The notes under the pieces are model-generated. The model had not been told where the DNA came from, did not search any database, and saw only the letters and a program-made list of their open reading frames with translations. A stretch of DNA of 63,649 bases, the filler included, from Reclinomonas americana ATCC 50394 (Eukaryota): assembly GCA_048213135.1 (NCBI GenBank). It is 6 parts of 4 records of this genome, joined end to end, with 100 filler letters (N's around TTAATTAATTAA, not from the genome) between each part and the next. Parts side by side here need not be neighbours in the genome. Positions count along the whole stretch, not along the records: positions 26,915 to 44,196 come from PS015557.1; positions 44,297 to 52,346 come from PS015558.1; 4 more parts are not named here. One strand, given 5' to 3'. The first letter of the stretch is position 1. Every line of letters begins with the position of its first letter. The position numbers and the translations under genes were made by a program. This document shows positions 33,234 to 44,650 of the stretch, one piece after another.

Positions 33234-36004
33234 TGCATGCATGTTGGAAGGTCTCTCGCTCGCAACACATGCGCCACTTGAATTGAGGGAGCGAAAGGCG
33301 AAATTCGACTTGCAGCTGTCACTGTCACTTATTCTCGCACTCTTTCTCTCTCTCTGTGTGTGTGTGTGGGAGGGACCGAAAGAAGAGGGGCACGTCTACA
33401 TCACGCTCTTGCTCTCTCATACGTGGCACCGCGGCGCAGATTTCGCGAGAGTTGGCAGAGGGAGATCAGACTTGACTTGCAGCAGGCTTGACTCTTCTCT
33501 CCTTCGCGCTCTGTTTCTCTCTCCCTCTCTCTCTCTGTGGGAGGGACTGAAAGAGGAGGGGGTCGTCTACATCACGCTCTTGCTCTCTCAAACGTGGCAC
33601 CCGCTGTGCAGATGTTACGAGAGTTGGCACCGAGAGAGAGAGTGACTTGACTTGCAACAGTCTCTGTTTCTTTCTCTGTCACTTTCGCACTCTCTCTCTC
33701 TCTCTGTGAAAGAGGGACTGAAAGAGGAAGAGTGCGTCCACACCACGCTCTTGCTCTCTCATACGTGGCACCGCGGCGCAGGTTTCACGAAAGTTGGCAG
33801 AGGGAGAGCAGACTTGTAGCAGTCTCTGACACTTTCTCTCTCACTCCCTTTCTCTTTTGAATTCGCACTCTCTCAGTGATAGAGAGCTCGAGAATGAGGA
33901 GCGTGTCTGCAACTGCGTTGTTGTTCCCTCGTTCGCGGCACCGCATCGCAGATTTCACGATAGTTGGAAGAGGGAGAGGAAAACTCGACTTGCAGCAGGC
34001 TGACGCACTCTCTCTATGTTTGCCTCTCCTCTCCTCGCTGTGCTTTGCCGCCACCTTCTCGCACGCCCCCTTCTTGTGCACGAGACGAGTCAGACACGGA
34101 GAGTATGTACATCTCGCTTTCTCCACCTCTCTCTCTTTCTTTCTCTCATCCATTCGCACACACACTCTCTCTGACTCTCATCCGCTCCCTCTCTCTCTGT
34201 CTCTTTCTCTCATCTGCTCACTCTCCATCGCTGTGCTTCGTTGTCACCCTCTCCCTTCCCCCTTCTCCCTTCTTCCTTTCCCCCTTTCTCCCCATCCCCC
34301 CCTTTCCCCCCTTCCCTCATCCCCCTTCCCCCTTTCCCTTTCCCCCCTTCCCTTATCACCCTTCCCCCTTTCCCCCTTTCCCCTTCTNNNNNNNNNNNNN
34401 NNNNNNNNNNNNNNNNNNNNNNNNNNNNNNNNNNNNNNNNNNNNNNNNNNNNNNNNNNNNNNNNNNNNNNNNNNNNNNNNNNNNNNNNNNNNNNNNNNNN
34501 NNNNNNNNNNNNNNNNNNNNNNNNNNNNNNNNNNNNNNNNNNNNNNNNNNNNNNNNNNNNNNNNNNNNNNNNNNNNNNNNNNNNNNNNNNNNNNNNNNNN
34601 NNNNNNNNNNNNNNNNGGACGTCACCATCGGCCACTATGCGTACGTGTTGCGCCGGGATCAGGCGCTGCTGAAGCGTCTCGGTCGCTTCCTGCGTGTGCG
34701 TGATCGTGTGCTGCGCATGTCGAACCCGCCAATGGTGCGTCGTGATTGCACGCGTGCTTTCCCTGTAAACTTCCCCCCTCACCTCACGCTCGCAAAAAAC
34801 AAAACAGGCCGGCGACAAGCGCACACACTCGCAAGCCAATCCCGACGGCTCCATGGGTGGTGGCGCTGCCGCCGCGCCGCAGCGCCCGGAGAAGCGACCG
34901 AAACTGCACTGGAACTACCTCGACTCGTTGTCGGAGGTGTTCCCGGTGGGCGACGACGCACCGACTGTGTCGCAGCTGGCGCTGTCGCGCAACTGGTCGA
35001 ACGAGCTGGATCCGGTCACCGTGCAGCGGGCACAAATGCTGGACGACTTTGCGGCGAATTTCGCGCAAAAGGAGTGGGCCAAGTTCAGCAATCTGCGCAA
35101 GAGCACCTTCTTGTCGCATGGTCAGCAGCCGTTCTGTATGTGGGCCGGCCTGGCGCACTTTGACATTCGCTCGTCGGAGATTGTGGAGATTGTCGCATTC
35201 ATCGCCTACGAAATGGTGGCCAAAATCGTGACCAAGGCCCTGGAGGTGCGCCAGGAGATGCACCACTTGTATCTCCGTCGACAGCGCGAGGTCGGCACCC
35301 TGGCACCCCCCGCCTCGACAACGACAACAACATCAACGACGTCATCATCCGCGACCGCCGCCGCGACGGGGTCTGTGGATGGTGCCGCACTGCCACCGCT
35401 GCCGCCACTGCCCGTCGACTTGCACATGCCGCCACTGACGCAGGCTCCCATTGACGGCGGCAGCAGTTCGTCGGCCATGGTGTCGCCGACCGGCGGCTTG
35501 TCGATGCCGCCACCGCCACTGCCGGTCGAGGCCATGGACACGGACGAACCGGTGGTGGTCGAACCACCGCCACCTTCCACCGCGACCAACGCAGTGGGCG
35601 CCTCTGACAGCGGTGTTGCAGCACACGGCGAAAAGGACGCAGCAGCAGAGGAGGAGGAGGAGGACGACGAGGAGGACGAAGACGAAGACGAAGACGACGA
35701 GCCACTGCCCGTGCGCCGCCTTCGCGCCCTCCAACGCATCCCACCGGTCGCCCGCGACAAGGTCGCCAAGGCCACCGCGCCCACAGTCACTCGCCCGCTC
35801 CCCAAGTCCACCATCGCCCCCGACTACGTTGCACCGGTGCATCCGGAGGGCGGCGTGCGCGTCAGCGATCGCCTGGTCATTCTGTACCCGGAGCACCGAC
35901 CGGGCCCGCTCGATCCCGACACCATACGCGAGGCCATTCGCAGACTTGAGGAGATGGTGTTCCCGCCACTCGGCGGCAACATGCATCGTCGCTTCCTCTT
36001 GTGA
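32761..36004 (+). CDS. SPT3: SAGA subunit SPT3/SUPT3H (part of the gene in a gap)
   Basis: YVLRRDQALLKRLGRFLRVRD; LDPVTVQRAQMLDD..KEWAKFSNLRKSTF; EIVAFIAYEMVAKIVTKALEV; PLDPDTIREAIRRL. Assignment of the first exon (32761-33103) is tentative. Confidence 0.8.
33370..34000. repeat. About four diverged ~170-180 bp tandem units in the SPT3 intron
   Basis: The core TCACGCTCTTGCTCTCTCA.ACGTGGCACCGC...GAGTTGGCAGAGGGAGA..GACTTG recurs near 33400, 33570, 33745 and 33935. Confidence 0.8.
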
Positions 36005-36105
36005 CTCTTGAAAGAGGAGAAGAGAAAAAACCAACAAAAAATGACAATGAAATGCATGAATGAATGTCCCGCTTCCGTGTCTTCTTCTCTGTCTCTCTCG
36101 CAAGC

Positions 36106-39100
36106 ATGGTGCGTGCAGTGCCCTCTCACACACTCTCACTCACTCTCTCTCTCTCTCTCACTCACTCAACAGCAGCGACACTCATTACTCCGAGTGCTTG
36201 TGTGCCTTGCACTGGTGTGCACTGTGGCCAGTGTGCAAGCAATCACCACTGAGGAGCTGCTCGACTTGGTCAATCTCCCACGCGGGTTGCGTACTCCTCA
36301 AAGAGAGGGAGAGAGAGAGAGGAGGGAGAGAGAGAGAGTAGTTACTGATNNNNNNNNNNNNNNNNNNNNNNNNNNNNNNNNNNNNNNNNNNNNNNNNNNN
36401 NNNNNNNNNNNNNNNNNNNNNNNNNNNNNNNNNNNNNNNNNNNNNNNNNNNNNNNNNNNNNNNNNNNNNNNNNNNNNNNNNNNNNNNNNNNNNNNNNNNN
36501 NNNNNNNNNNNNNNNNNNNNNNNNNNNNNNNNNNNNNNNNNNNNNNNNNNNNNNNNNNNNNNNNNNNNNNNNNNNNNNNNNNNNNNNNNNNNNNNNNNNN
36601 NNNNNNNNNNNNNNNNNNNNNNNNNNNNNNNNNNNNNNNNNNNNNNNNNNNNNNNNNNNNNNNNNNNNNNNNNNNNNNNNNNNNNNNNNNNNNNNNNNNN
36701 TTTGCCTTTCATTAAGACAGAGTCACACTCATTCTTCTTATCAATCTCATTCATTCATTCGTTGCATTCTTTGTCTTTCATTAAGACAGTGTCACCCTCG
36801 CAGCGTTCACAGTCATTCACTTCTTATCAATCTCATTCATTCATTGTTGCATTCTTTGCCGTTCATTATGACAGTGTCACCCTCGTTCACAGTCATTCTC
36901 TTCTTACAACCTCATTCATTCATTGTTGCATTCTTTGCCGTTCATTATGACAGTGTCACCCTCGTTCACAGTCATTCTCTTCTTACAACCTCATTCATTC
37001 ATTGTTGCCTTCTTTCTTTGCCTTTCATTAAGACCGAGTCACACTCATTCACAGTCATTCACTTCTTATCAATCTCTCATTCGTTGTTGTTGCAGCTTTC
37101 ATATTTCTTTGTATGCAAGAAATCTGCCCTTTGCGCGCTCAATGGCCCTCAATCCTGCCACGGGAACTGTCTATGTCGGAACCTTTGACTTTGAGGTGTT
37201 GTTGTTTCATCTGCTTGCTCGAGCGCGGACTGTTCTGTTTGTGACCAGGTGTGTTTGTTTGCGTTTTTAGGGCATTGATACGCACCCCAACGAGGGCACG
37301 AATGTGTATGCGCTGACCGATGCCAACAAGGATGGTGTTGTGGATGAGGTGTGTGNNNNNNNNNNNNNNNNNNNNNNNNNNNNNNNNNNNNNNNNNNNNN
37401 NNNNNNNNNNNNNNNNNNNNNNNNNNNNNNNNNNNNNNNNNNNNNNNNNNNNNNNNNNNNNNNNNNNNNNNNNNNNNNNNNNNNNNNNNNNNNNNNNNNN
37501 NNNNNNNNNNNNNNNNNNNNNNNNNNNNNNNNNNNNNNNNNNNNNNNNNNNNNNNNNNNNNNNNNNNNNNNNNNNNNNNNNNNNNNNNNNNNNNNNNNNN
37601 NNNNNNNNNNNNNCTCAAGTGACGAGCGGTGTGCTTGCATCTGGTTCACGCCGTGTCGCAGGTGTTTGTGGTGGCGCACAATCTCACGGTGCCGAACGGG
37701 TGAGCGAGCTGCGTCGTTGCTTCTCCTTGAATTCCCTCTCGCACTCACTCGCTCGATGTGACAGTGTCGCCTTCCGCAACGGCGACTTGTACATTGCGCA
37801 AAACGATCGCATCCTGGCGCTGCGTGACATTGAGCATCGGCTGGCCAATCCGCCGGCGCCCGAGTTTGTCGTCAGGCTGATTGACCCGGCGCTGGTGCAG
37901 CCCAATGTGTACTGGCACGGGTGGCGGTACATTCGCTTCTCACGTGGTTCGGCGCCGATGAGTGTGTTTGCTTGTTGGTGACCGCATGCAGTCAACTCAC
38001 CCGTTCCACCGTCTCGCGCAGATGTGAGCGACCCGAATTTGTATGTGGCTCTTGGTTCGTCTTCTCCCTCGTTTGCTCTCTTCGCGAAACTGTACTCATC
38101 CACGCTTTCCGTGCAGGTTCTCCGTGCAACACACCGGCGGATCCGGAGGGAGGCACTTGCGGTTGCTTGTTGGAAGTGCAGCCGGCTGCCTGCGACAAAT
38201 TCCCCTCATGTGTCAGCTGCCGCGGTGGTGGCGTGCCAGGCCCGATTCAGCACCTGGGCGAGATTATTCGGTGCGTCTGCCCCCTCCTTCTTTCTTTCTC
38301 CGGTGCGGTTTTTGATAATTGTGCATTCGCGCGCCAGATTCAATCCCGAAACGGCGGAGAAAACCTTTGAGCCATACCTGTATGGCACGAGAAATTCGCT
38401 CGGCTTCGACTGGGACCCCGATGTTGCGTGCGCTTTCGTGATTCTCCGAGTTCGTGAAAGTACTGACGAGGGGCGAAATGTGGAACGGCAGACGGGATAC
38501 ATGTACTTTACGGAGGTGAGATGCGTGAGAGGTGCTGGTCATACAACGCGTAGTTGCTTACTCCGATGTATGCACAGAATGGCCGCGATCAGTTTGGTCC
38601 GGTGCGTTTCTCCTCGCTGCATTTTTCGCCTGTGCCTGCATGTGTCCTCACTGTGTTTGCAGGATGTAACCAATCGCCCGCCGGTGGGGATCACAATGTG
38701 CGTGTATCCTCGTGTTTCTGAGCTGACATGCGTGCACAGGATGAGTTGAACATGGTCACGGGTCCTGGCCTGCAGTTTCGCTCCTCTCTCTTCTGTATGT
38801 TCTCGCAACAGTGTCTCATTTCTTCACCCTGCTGCACAGCTTCGGCTTCCCCTTCTGCTACGGCTACGGTACTATTGCTTTCTCTGTGTGTCGCACAGCT
38901 GCCCGACGACTAAAAATCTCTGCTTCGCAGACATTGTCGATCCTTCGTTCAACATGGCGGGCGACTGCAGTGGCTTTGTCGGCGCGGCGCAGGAACTGGA
39001 ACCACGTTGCGTGCACGATGTCACCGAGCTGCTCCCGTGTTGCGGCTGCTCACCACCTCTCTTTGCAGACGCCGCTGCGCTGGGCATGCGCTTTTACGAC

Positions 39101-40334
39101 AAGACAACCTTCCCGTACCAGTATCGCGGTGTGTGTGAGAGAACGGGCGGAAGGATGCCTTCTGGCAGGCTCTCTCTTACTCTTTTTCTCCGCCAGGCTC
39201 TGTTGGTGTCTTTGTATTTGCCTGTCTCAGTTTTTTTCTTGGCTGTCTCTCTCTCTCTCTCTCTNNNNNNNNNNNNNNNNNNNNNNNNNNNNNNNNNNNN
39301 NNNNNNNNNNNNNNNNNNNNNNNNNNNNNNNNNNNNNNNNNNNNNNNNNNNNNNNNNNNNNNNNNNNNNNNNNNNNNNNNNNNNNNNNNNNNNNNNNNNN
39401 NNNNNNNNNNNNNNNNNNNNNNNNNNNNNNNNNNNNNNNNNNNNNNNNNNNNNNNNNNNNNNNNNNNNNNNNNNNNNNNNNNNNNNNNNNNNNNNNNNNN
39501 NNNNNNNNNNNNNNNNNNNNNNNNNNNNNNNNNNNNNNNNNNNNNNNNNNNNNNNNNNNNNNNNNNNNNNNNNNNNNNNNNNNNNNNNNNNNNNNNNNNN
39601 NNNNNNNNNNNNNNNNNNNNNNNNNNNNNNNNNNNNNNNNNNNNNNNNNNNNNNNNNNNNNNNNNNNNNNNNNNNNNNNNNNNNNNNNNNNNNNNNNNNN
39701 NNNNNNNNNNNNNNNNNNNNNNNNNNNNNNNNNNNNNNNNNNNNNNNNNNNNNNNNNNNNNNNNNNNNNNNNNNNNNNNNNNNNNNNNNNNNNNNNNNNN
39801 NNNNNNNNNNNNNNNNNNNNNNNNNNNNNNNNNNNNNNNNNNNNNNNNNNNNNNNNNNNNNNNNNNNNNNNNNNNNNNNNNNNNNNNNNNNNNNNNNNNN
39901 NNNNNNNNNNNNNNNNNNNNNNNNNNNNNNNNNNNNNNNNNNNNNNNNNNNNNNNNNNNNNNNNNNNNNNNNNNNNNNNNNNNNNNNNNNNNNNNNNNNN
40001 NNNNNNNNNNNNNNNNNNNNNNNNNNNNNNNNNNNNNNNNNNNNNNNNNNNNNNNNNNNNNNNNNNNNNNNNNNNNNNNNNNNNNNNNNNNNNNNNNNNN
40101 NNNNNNNNNNNNNNNNNNNNNNNNNNNNNNNNNNNNNNNNNNNNNNNNNNNNNNNNNNNNNNNNNNNNNNNNNNNNNNNNNNNNNNNNNNNNNNNNNNNN
40201 NNNNNNNNNNNNNNNNNNNNCTCTCCCTCTCCGTCAACGGGTTGCTTTGTGTCCCTGCCTCGGTCTCCGTCTGTGTTCCCGTCTCTCTCTCTCTCTCTCT
40301 ATCTCTTTCACTCTGTCTGTCTGCTGTCTCTCTT

Positions 40335-40373
<39 letters not shown>

Positions 40374-40987
40374 CACTCACTGTCTCATGCACCTGAATCA
40401 TTTTCTATCTCCGTCCGCTGTCGCTTCCGCTTCCTGTGTTTCTGTCTCCGTCCCTGTCTCCCTCTCTGCATCTCACCTCCTTCTCGCCCACAGGCGGCGT
40501 GTTCATCGCCGAGCACGGCTCGTGGAACAGCGACGAGCCGCACGGCTACCGCATCAGCTTTGTGCCCGTCGCCAACGGCCGCGCCGGCGGCTACACAACC
40601 TTCGCCGACGGCTTTGTCAACATCACCGCTCACCGCCACCCCAACGGCGAGTTCGACGCCTGGGCGCGCCCCGCCGACGTTGAGGTTCTCGGCGACGGCT
40701 CCCTGCTGATGAGCAACGAACGTCGCGGAGAAATCTACCGCATTACCTACGCCAAGCCCGACGACAAGCTGCAGCCGCTGTGGATTACGCTGTATGTGTT
40801 GGGCGGACTGGTCGCGTTGGGTGGCGCTGTGCTGGTGTGGCGTGTGCAGACACGTCGCAAGCGTCGTGATCGCGAATTGCCGCCGCCGAGTCGACGGCCT
40901 CCGTCGCACAGAAGCGCCCCGGTGTCGACTACTCCTCCGCCAACGTCGGTGCAGGCAGGTGGCACGTATGGGCGGCTTGATGGGTGA
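36106..40987 (+). CDS. Glucose/L-sorbosone dehydrogenase-like beta-propeller with signal peptide and C-terminal TM helix
   Basis: An ATG-only first exon is followed by a signal peptide. Motifs: LPRG|FHISLYA..ARSMAL..GTVYVGT, HGWRYIRF, LYVALGSPCN, GTRNSLGFDWDP, MYFTENGRD, PPDELN, HFGFPFC, EPHAAALGMRFY, VFIAEHGSWN, GYRI, RPADVEVLGDGSLLMS, IYRITY. The TM segment WITLYVLGGLVALGGAVLVW is followed by RRKRR. Confidence 0.88.
36770..37080. repeat. 79-bp intronic minisatellite (two near-perfect copies plus partial copies)
   Basis: CATTCATTGTTGCATTCTTTGCCGTTCATTATGACAGTGTCACCCTCGTTCACAGTCATTC repeats at 79-bp spacing. Confidence 0.9.
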
Positions 40988-41074
40988 GAAACGAGGCAGA
41001 TTTAGTGAAGGCGTGTCCCGCGATTTTCGAACGTTGTACAATTGTGTTGTTGCGCGAGAGAAAGCGACATCATC

Positions 41075-41709
41075 ATGGGTCGCGGTGTGCGCGCCCTCGA
41101 CTTTCTCGACACGTTGCCAGTTGTGTTGTCCCTGCGCTTCCCATCCGCTGTGTTGGCGCTCACTCTCTCTTCTCCCTCTCTTCTCATCTGTCTTTGTCTG
41201 TCTACCATCTCTGTTCTTCTCTCTCTGTGTGTGTGCGTGTCTGTGACTGTACGCGACTGTAGGTCAGAAAAACCAACTGTGGATCATGGCTGAGGTGATA
41301 CCAAACCATCACTCGTTCACGCACTCATTCTTACTCACTCATGGTCACCCTCAGCCTCCTCATGTACGCCTGCATGATCGCCGTATGCGTCGCCTTGCTT
41401 ATCACCGGTACGTCCCTCTTCTCTCCTCACTCAGCCTCCCTCTCTCTCCCTCAATCTCTTCCTCTCCTTCGCAGGCATCATCCACGGCCGATCATGGACC
41501 GATACCTTCCGCCGCCTGCCACCACCATCGCGCACGCTTCCACTGCAAGTGCAGTGTCCGTTGGACGACCGCGGAACACTGCCGACCTATCGATGTATCC
41601 TGTCGCAGCAGTGCTCGGGGACACCGACGGCGGTTGTCGGAAGGCCGGGCGAGTGGCTGCAGCTGGACGTTTGCTTCGCTGCAGATGCGGTGCCGGAGCG
41701 CAGATTCAC

Positions 41710-41751
<42 letters not shown>

Positions 41752-43322
41752 AGATGGAAGGCGCAGGATGCAGAGAACAAGGCAGTGGCGGCTGACCTTT
41801 TGACATGTGACAGCTGGTGTACTCGCTTCCACGGTCGAGTGCCGCCTGCACCATCTCGGCGGTTGGTGTGAAGAACGGCGACTCTGTGTCTGTGGTGGCG
41901 CAAGCTAGCGCAGCAGGTGTGTACGCATGTCTTCGGCCTCGCGCTCTTTGCTGGCTCACACAGAGTCGTGTCATAGGTGATTGCGTGCCGCTCTTTCGGA
42001 AGGATGTCACCGAGGGAGTGGCGGCGTACAATGTGGTCGTTCCCGAAAGCACCCTATCGTCGTCCAACTTGTGCACTGCGGCTGCCACGCAAGGTATTGA
42101 GTCAAGAACACGCACTCACTTGTTGGAGCCCTGACTCGCTCTCGGGACAGCACTGACGTCTGCCCTGCTGCTGCCGGCTGCGGGGGGCATGCAATCATTG
42201 AGTTTTCGGGTGCGTTCTTCCACTTTGCACAAGAGTCAACCAAGCATACATGCACTGACTCTGCGCGTGTGCACGCAGACCGGCTCCGATCGCCCTGTGC
42301 GGTCCATCAGAATACCACAAACGCTGCCGGCGTCCTCCATCATCGCCTCCTGCACACCAATCCTGCCAAACAGCGCTCGCCTCGTGTTTGCCCAAGTCGA
42401 TCCGTTGCGTTGTCGCGCGTCACCACGCTCCTTCGCGCGCCACACTGACGCGCAGTGGACGCGAACACAGATGGTTCCCTGGCTTGCCGAATTCCACCCT
42501 CCAACCGCACGCTGTCGTCATGAGACCATCAGCGCCGCTCGGATGGGACGGTCAGGGCGATACCGGGATCAGTGTAGAGGATACGGTGCGTTTCGATGAG
42601 CACAAAGTGTGCGTACCACCAGTCGTTCTCATGTGCGCGCTGCAGAACTTCTTTGTCGATCCCACCGCAGCCGATCAAACAACGAGCAACGTCGACTTTG
42701 AGGGGGTGCCCAATGCGTTCATTGACTGCAGTCGAGACCTCGGCCAGTCCGACTGCAGCAGTTTCATGTTTCGCAGTGTGGCACTACGCATGTCACCGCA
42801 AGGTAGCCATAACTTTTCTCTTCTCTCCCCAACGAGCCGACGAACCAACGACTTCGTGCACCATGCAGGCATTGTCGAGCAGGAGGCACGTGTGTCGCTT
42901 GTTCTCCTGTCCTTGGCCGCGGCCGGAGCAGCACTCGTGGCGCTCTACTTTTGTTTCATCTGCATCAAGCAGTGCTGCTCTGAGGACTGGAGAGCACTGG
43001 ATCAGGTGCTTCAAATCTCCAATCATCTGTCACCGTCTCGCTCTCTTGCTAACACGGTTGCTATGCAGGACGGTCATTTTATTGTCCACCACCCGATGTG
43101 GCTGTTCCGACGGCCGTCTTCCAAGATCTCCATGCCCGGCGGGTGCGTGTGCCGTTCGTCGACCACTGTTGCGAGTAACCACTCTCTCACTCTCGCATAC
43201 ATGCAGATCGCCGAGCAAACAAGTGGACGACGAGGAGGCCGCCATGCCGAGAGGTTCGAGCAATCCTAATCCGACCGAGGGCGAAACCATCAACGATGAT
43301 TCCCCCACTCGACGACGACACG
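41075..43322 (+). CDS. Uncharacterised two-TM protein with large Cys-containing lumenal/extracellular domain (3' end in gap)
   Basis: Spliced MGRGVRALDFLDTLP|VRKTNCGSWLS|LLMYACMIAVCVALLIT (TM1), many in-phase GT-AG introns, then TM2 VSLVLLSLAAAGAALVALYFCFICI. Confidence 0.6.
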
Positions 43323-43455
43323 NNNNNNNNNNNNNNNNNNNNNNNNNNNNNNNNNNNNNNNNNNNNNNNNNNNNNNNNNNNNNNNNNNNNNNNNNNNNNN
43401 NNNNNNNNNNNNNNNNNNNNNNNNNNNNNNNNNNNNNNNNNNNNNNNNNNNNNNN

Positions 43456-44520
43456 TCCTCCTCCTCAAACATCTCCGCAATGTGCTCATCCTCGTGCAGG
43501 TGGTCCTCGACAACTGTGAAAGATGCAAGTCTGTCAGTTGCAGGATGCGGCGAATGTGAAAGACTATGACGCAACTCTCGCGAGTCGCAGAGTGCGACAA
43601 GTCGTGGTAGTCGACAAAGTGAGTCACTATGATTGTGCACACAAAAATGAGTCACAAGGTCCCAAGACGACAAGCAAGTACCGGGGAGAGTGTGACGCAC
43701 CGTCGGCAAGCAACTCGTCCAGAGCACCCTCGTCGATCTCTCCCTCCTCATACTTCTCGTACATGCGGTTGAATCCTGTTGTTGGCGAAAGAAGCAAACG
43801 TTGTGAGGACTTGTCGCCAATGATGACCGTCAACAACACAGACGCAACGCTCGCTAATGTTCATGAGCTCGGCATCTGTGTTACAAACGTAGTGAGCGAC
43901 AGTGACAAGACAGCACACTGAAGACACCACTGACACACTCACTTGCGCTATCAAAGTCGCTTGTGTGAGCTGCGGAGGGGGGGGGGTGCAGAGAGCTTAC
44001 ATGAGCAAGGGGGCAGTCACCCACTGAGCAAAATCTCTCACTCACCACTACCGTGCTCCGTCACAGTGATCTGCGAGGCGGGCAACACGCGCGGAGTGGC
44101 GAGGGGCGCCACTGGTGCCGGCTCAACGGGGGCGGCCATGGGGACCGGGGCAGCAGCTGCACCGCATTGTGAGAATCGACAGCTGGCGCCAACTGCNNNN
44201 NNNNNNNNNNNNNNNNNNNNNNNNNNNNNNNNNNNNNNNNTTAATTAATTAANNNNNNNNNNNNNNNNNNNNNNNNNNNNNNNNNNNNNNNNNNNNTCCT
44301 CCACCACTGCCTCCTCCTCCTCCTCCATCATCACCGACTCGGTGGTCGATGTGGCCACCAGCATCAGATATGCGTCGCTGTCCTTGGTGTACACCGTCAG
44401 CGGGGCCGGCGTCGACATGACAGCCGCGCTGTCGTTGTGCATCTGCATGAACACCACACTGGTGGTGATCATGCAGGCCACGAGGAACAACACGCCAGCA
44501 AGTGCCGAGGAACGATGCAT
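43456..44520 (-). CDS. Uncharacterised acidic protein with N-terminal signal/anchor (interrupted by gaps)
   Basis: MHRSSALAGVLFLVACMITTSVVF..., followed by in-phase exons AHTSDFDSA|NAELMNISE|RFNRMYEKYEEGEIDEGALDELLAD|VVEDHLHEDEH. Confidence 0.5.
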
Positions 44521-44650
44521 CTCTCTTCCTTTTCTTTTTCTTTTCTTCTTTCTCACTCTCCCGCGCGCGCGCAGTGTTTGTTGAATAGAAAAACAACGAC
44601 GGAAAAAAAGAATTGAACGTTACTCTGTTCTCCTCTCGCCACTCGCACAA

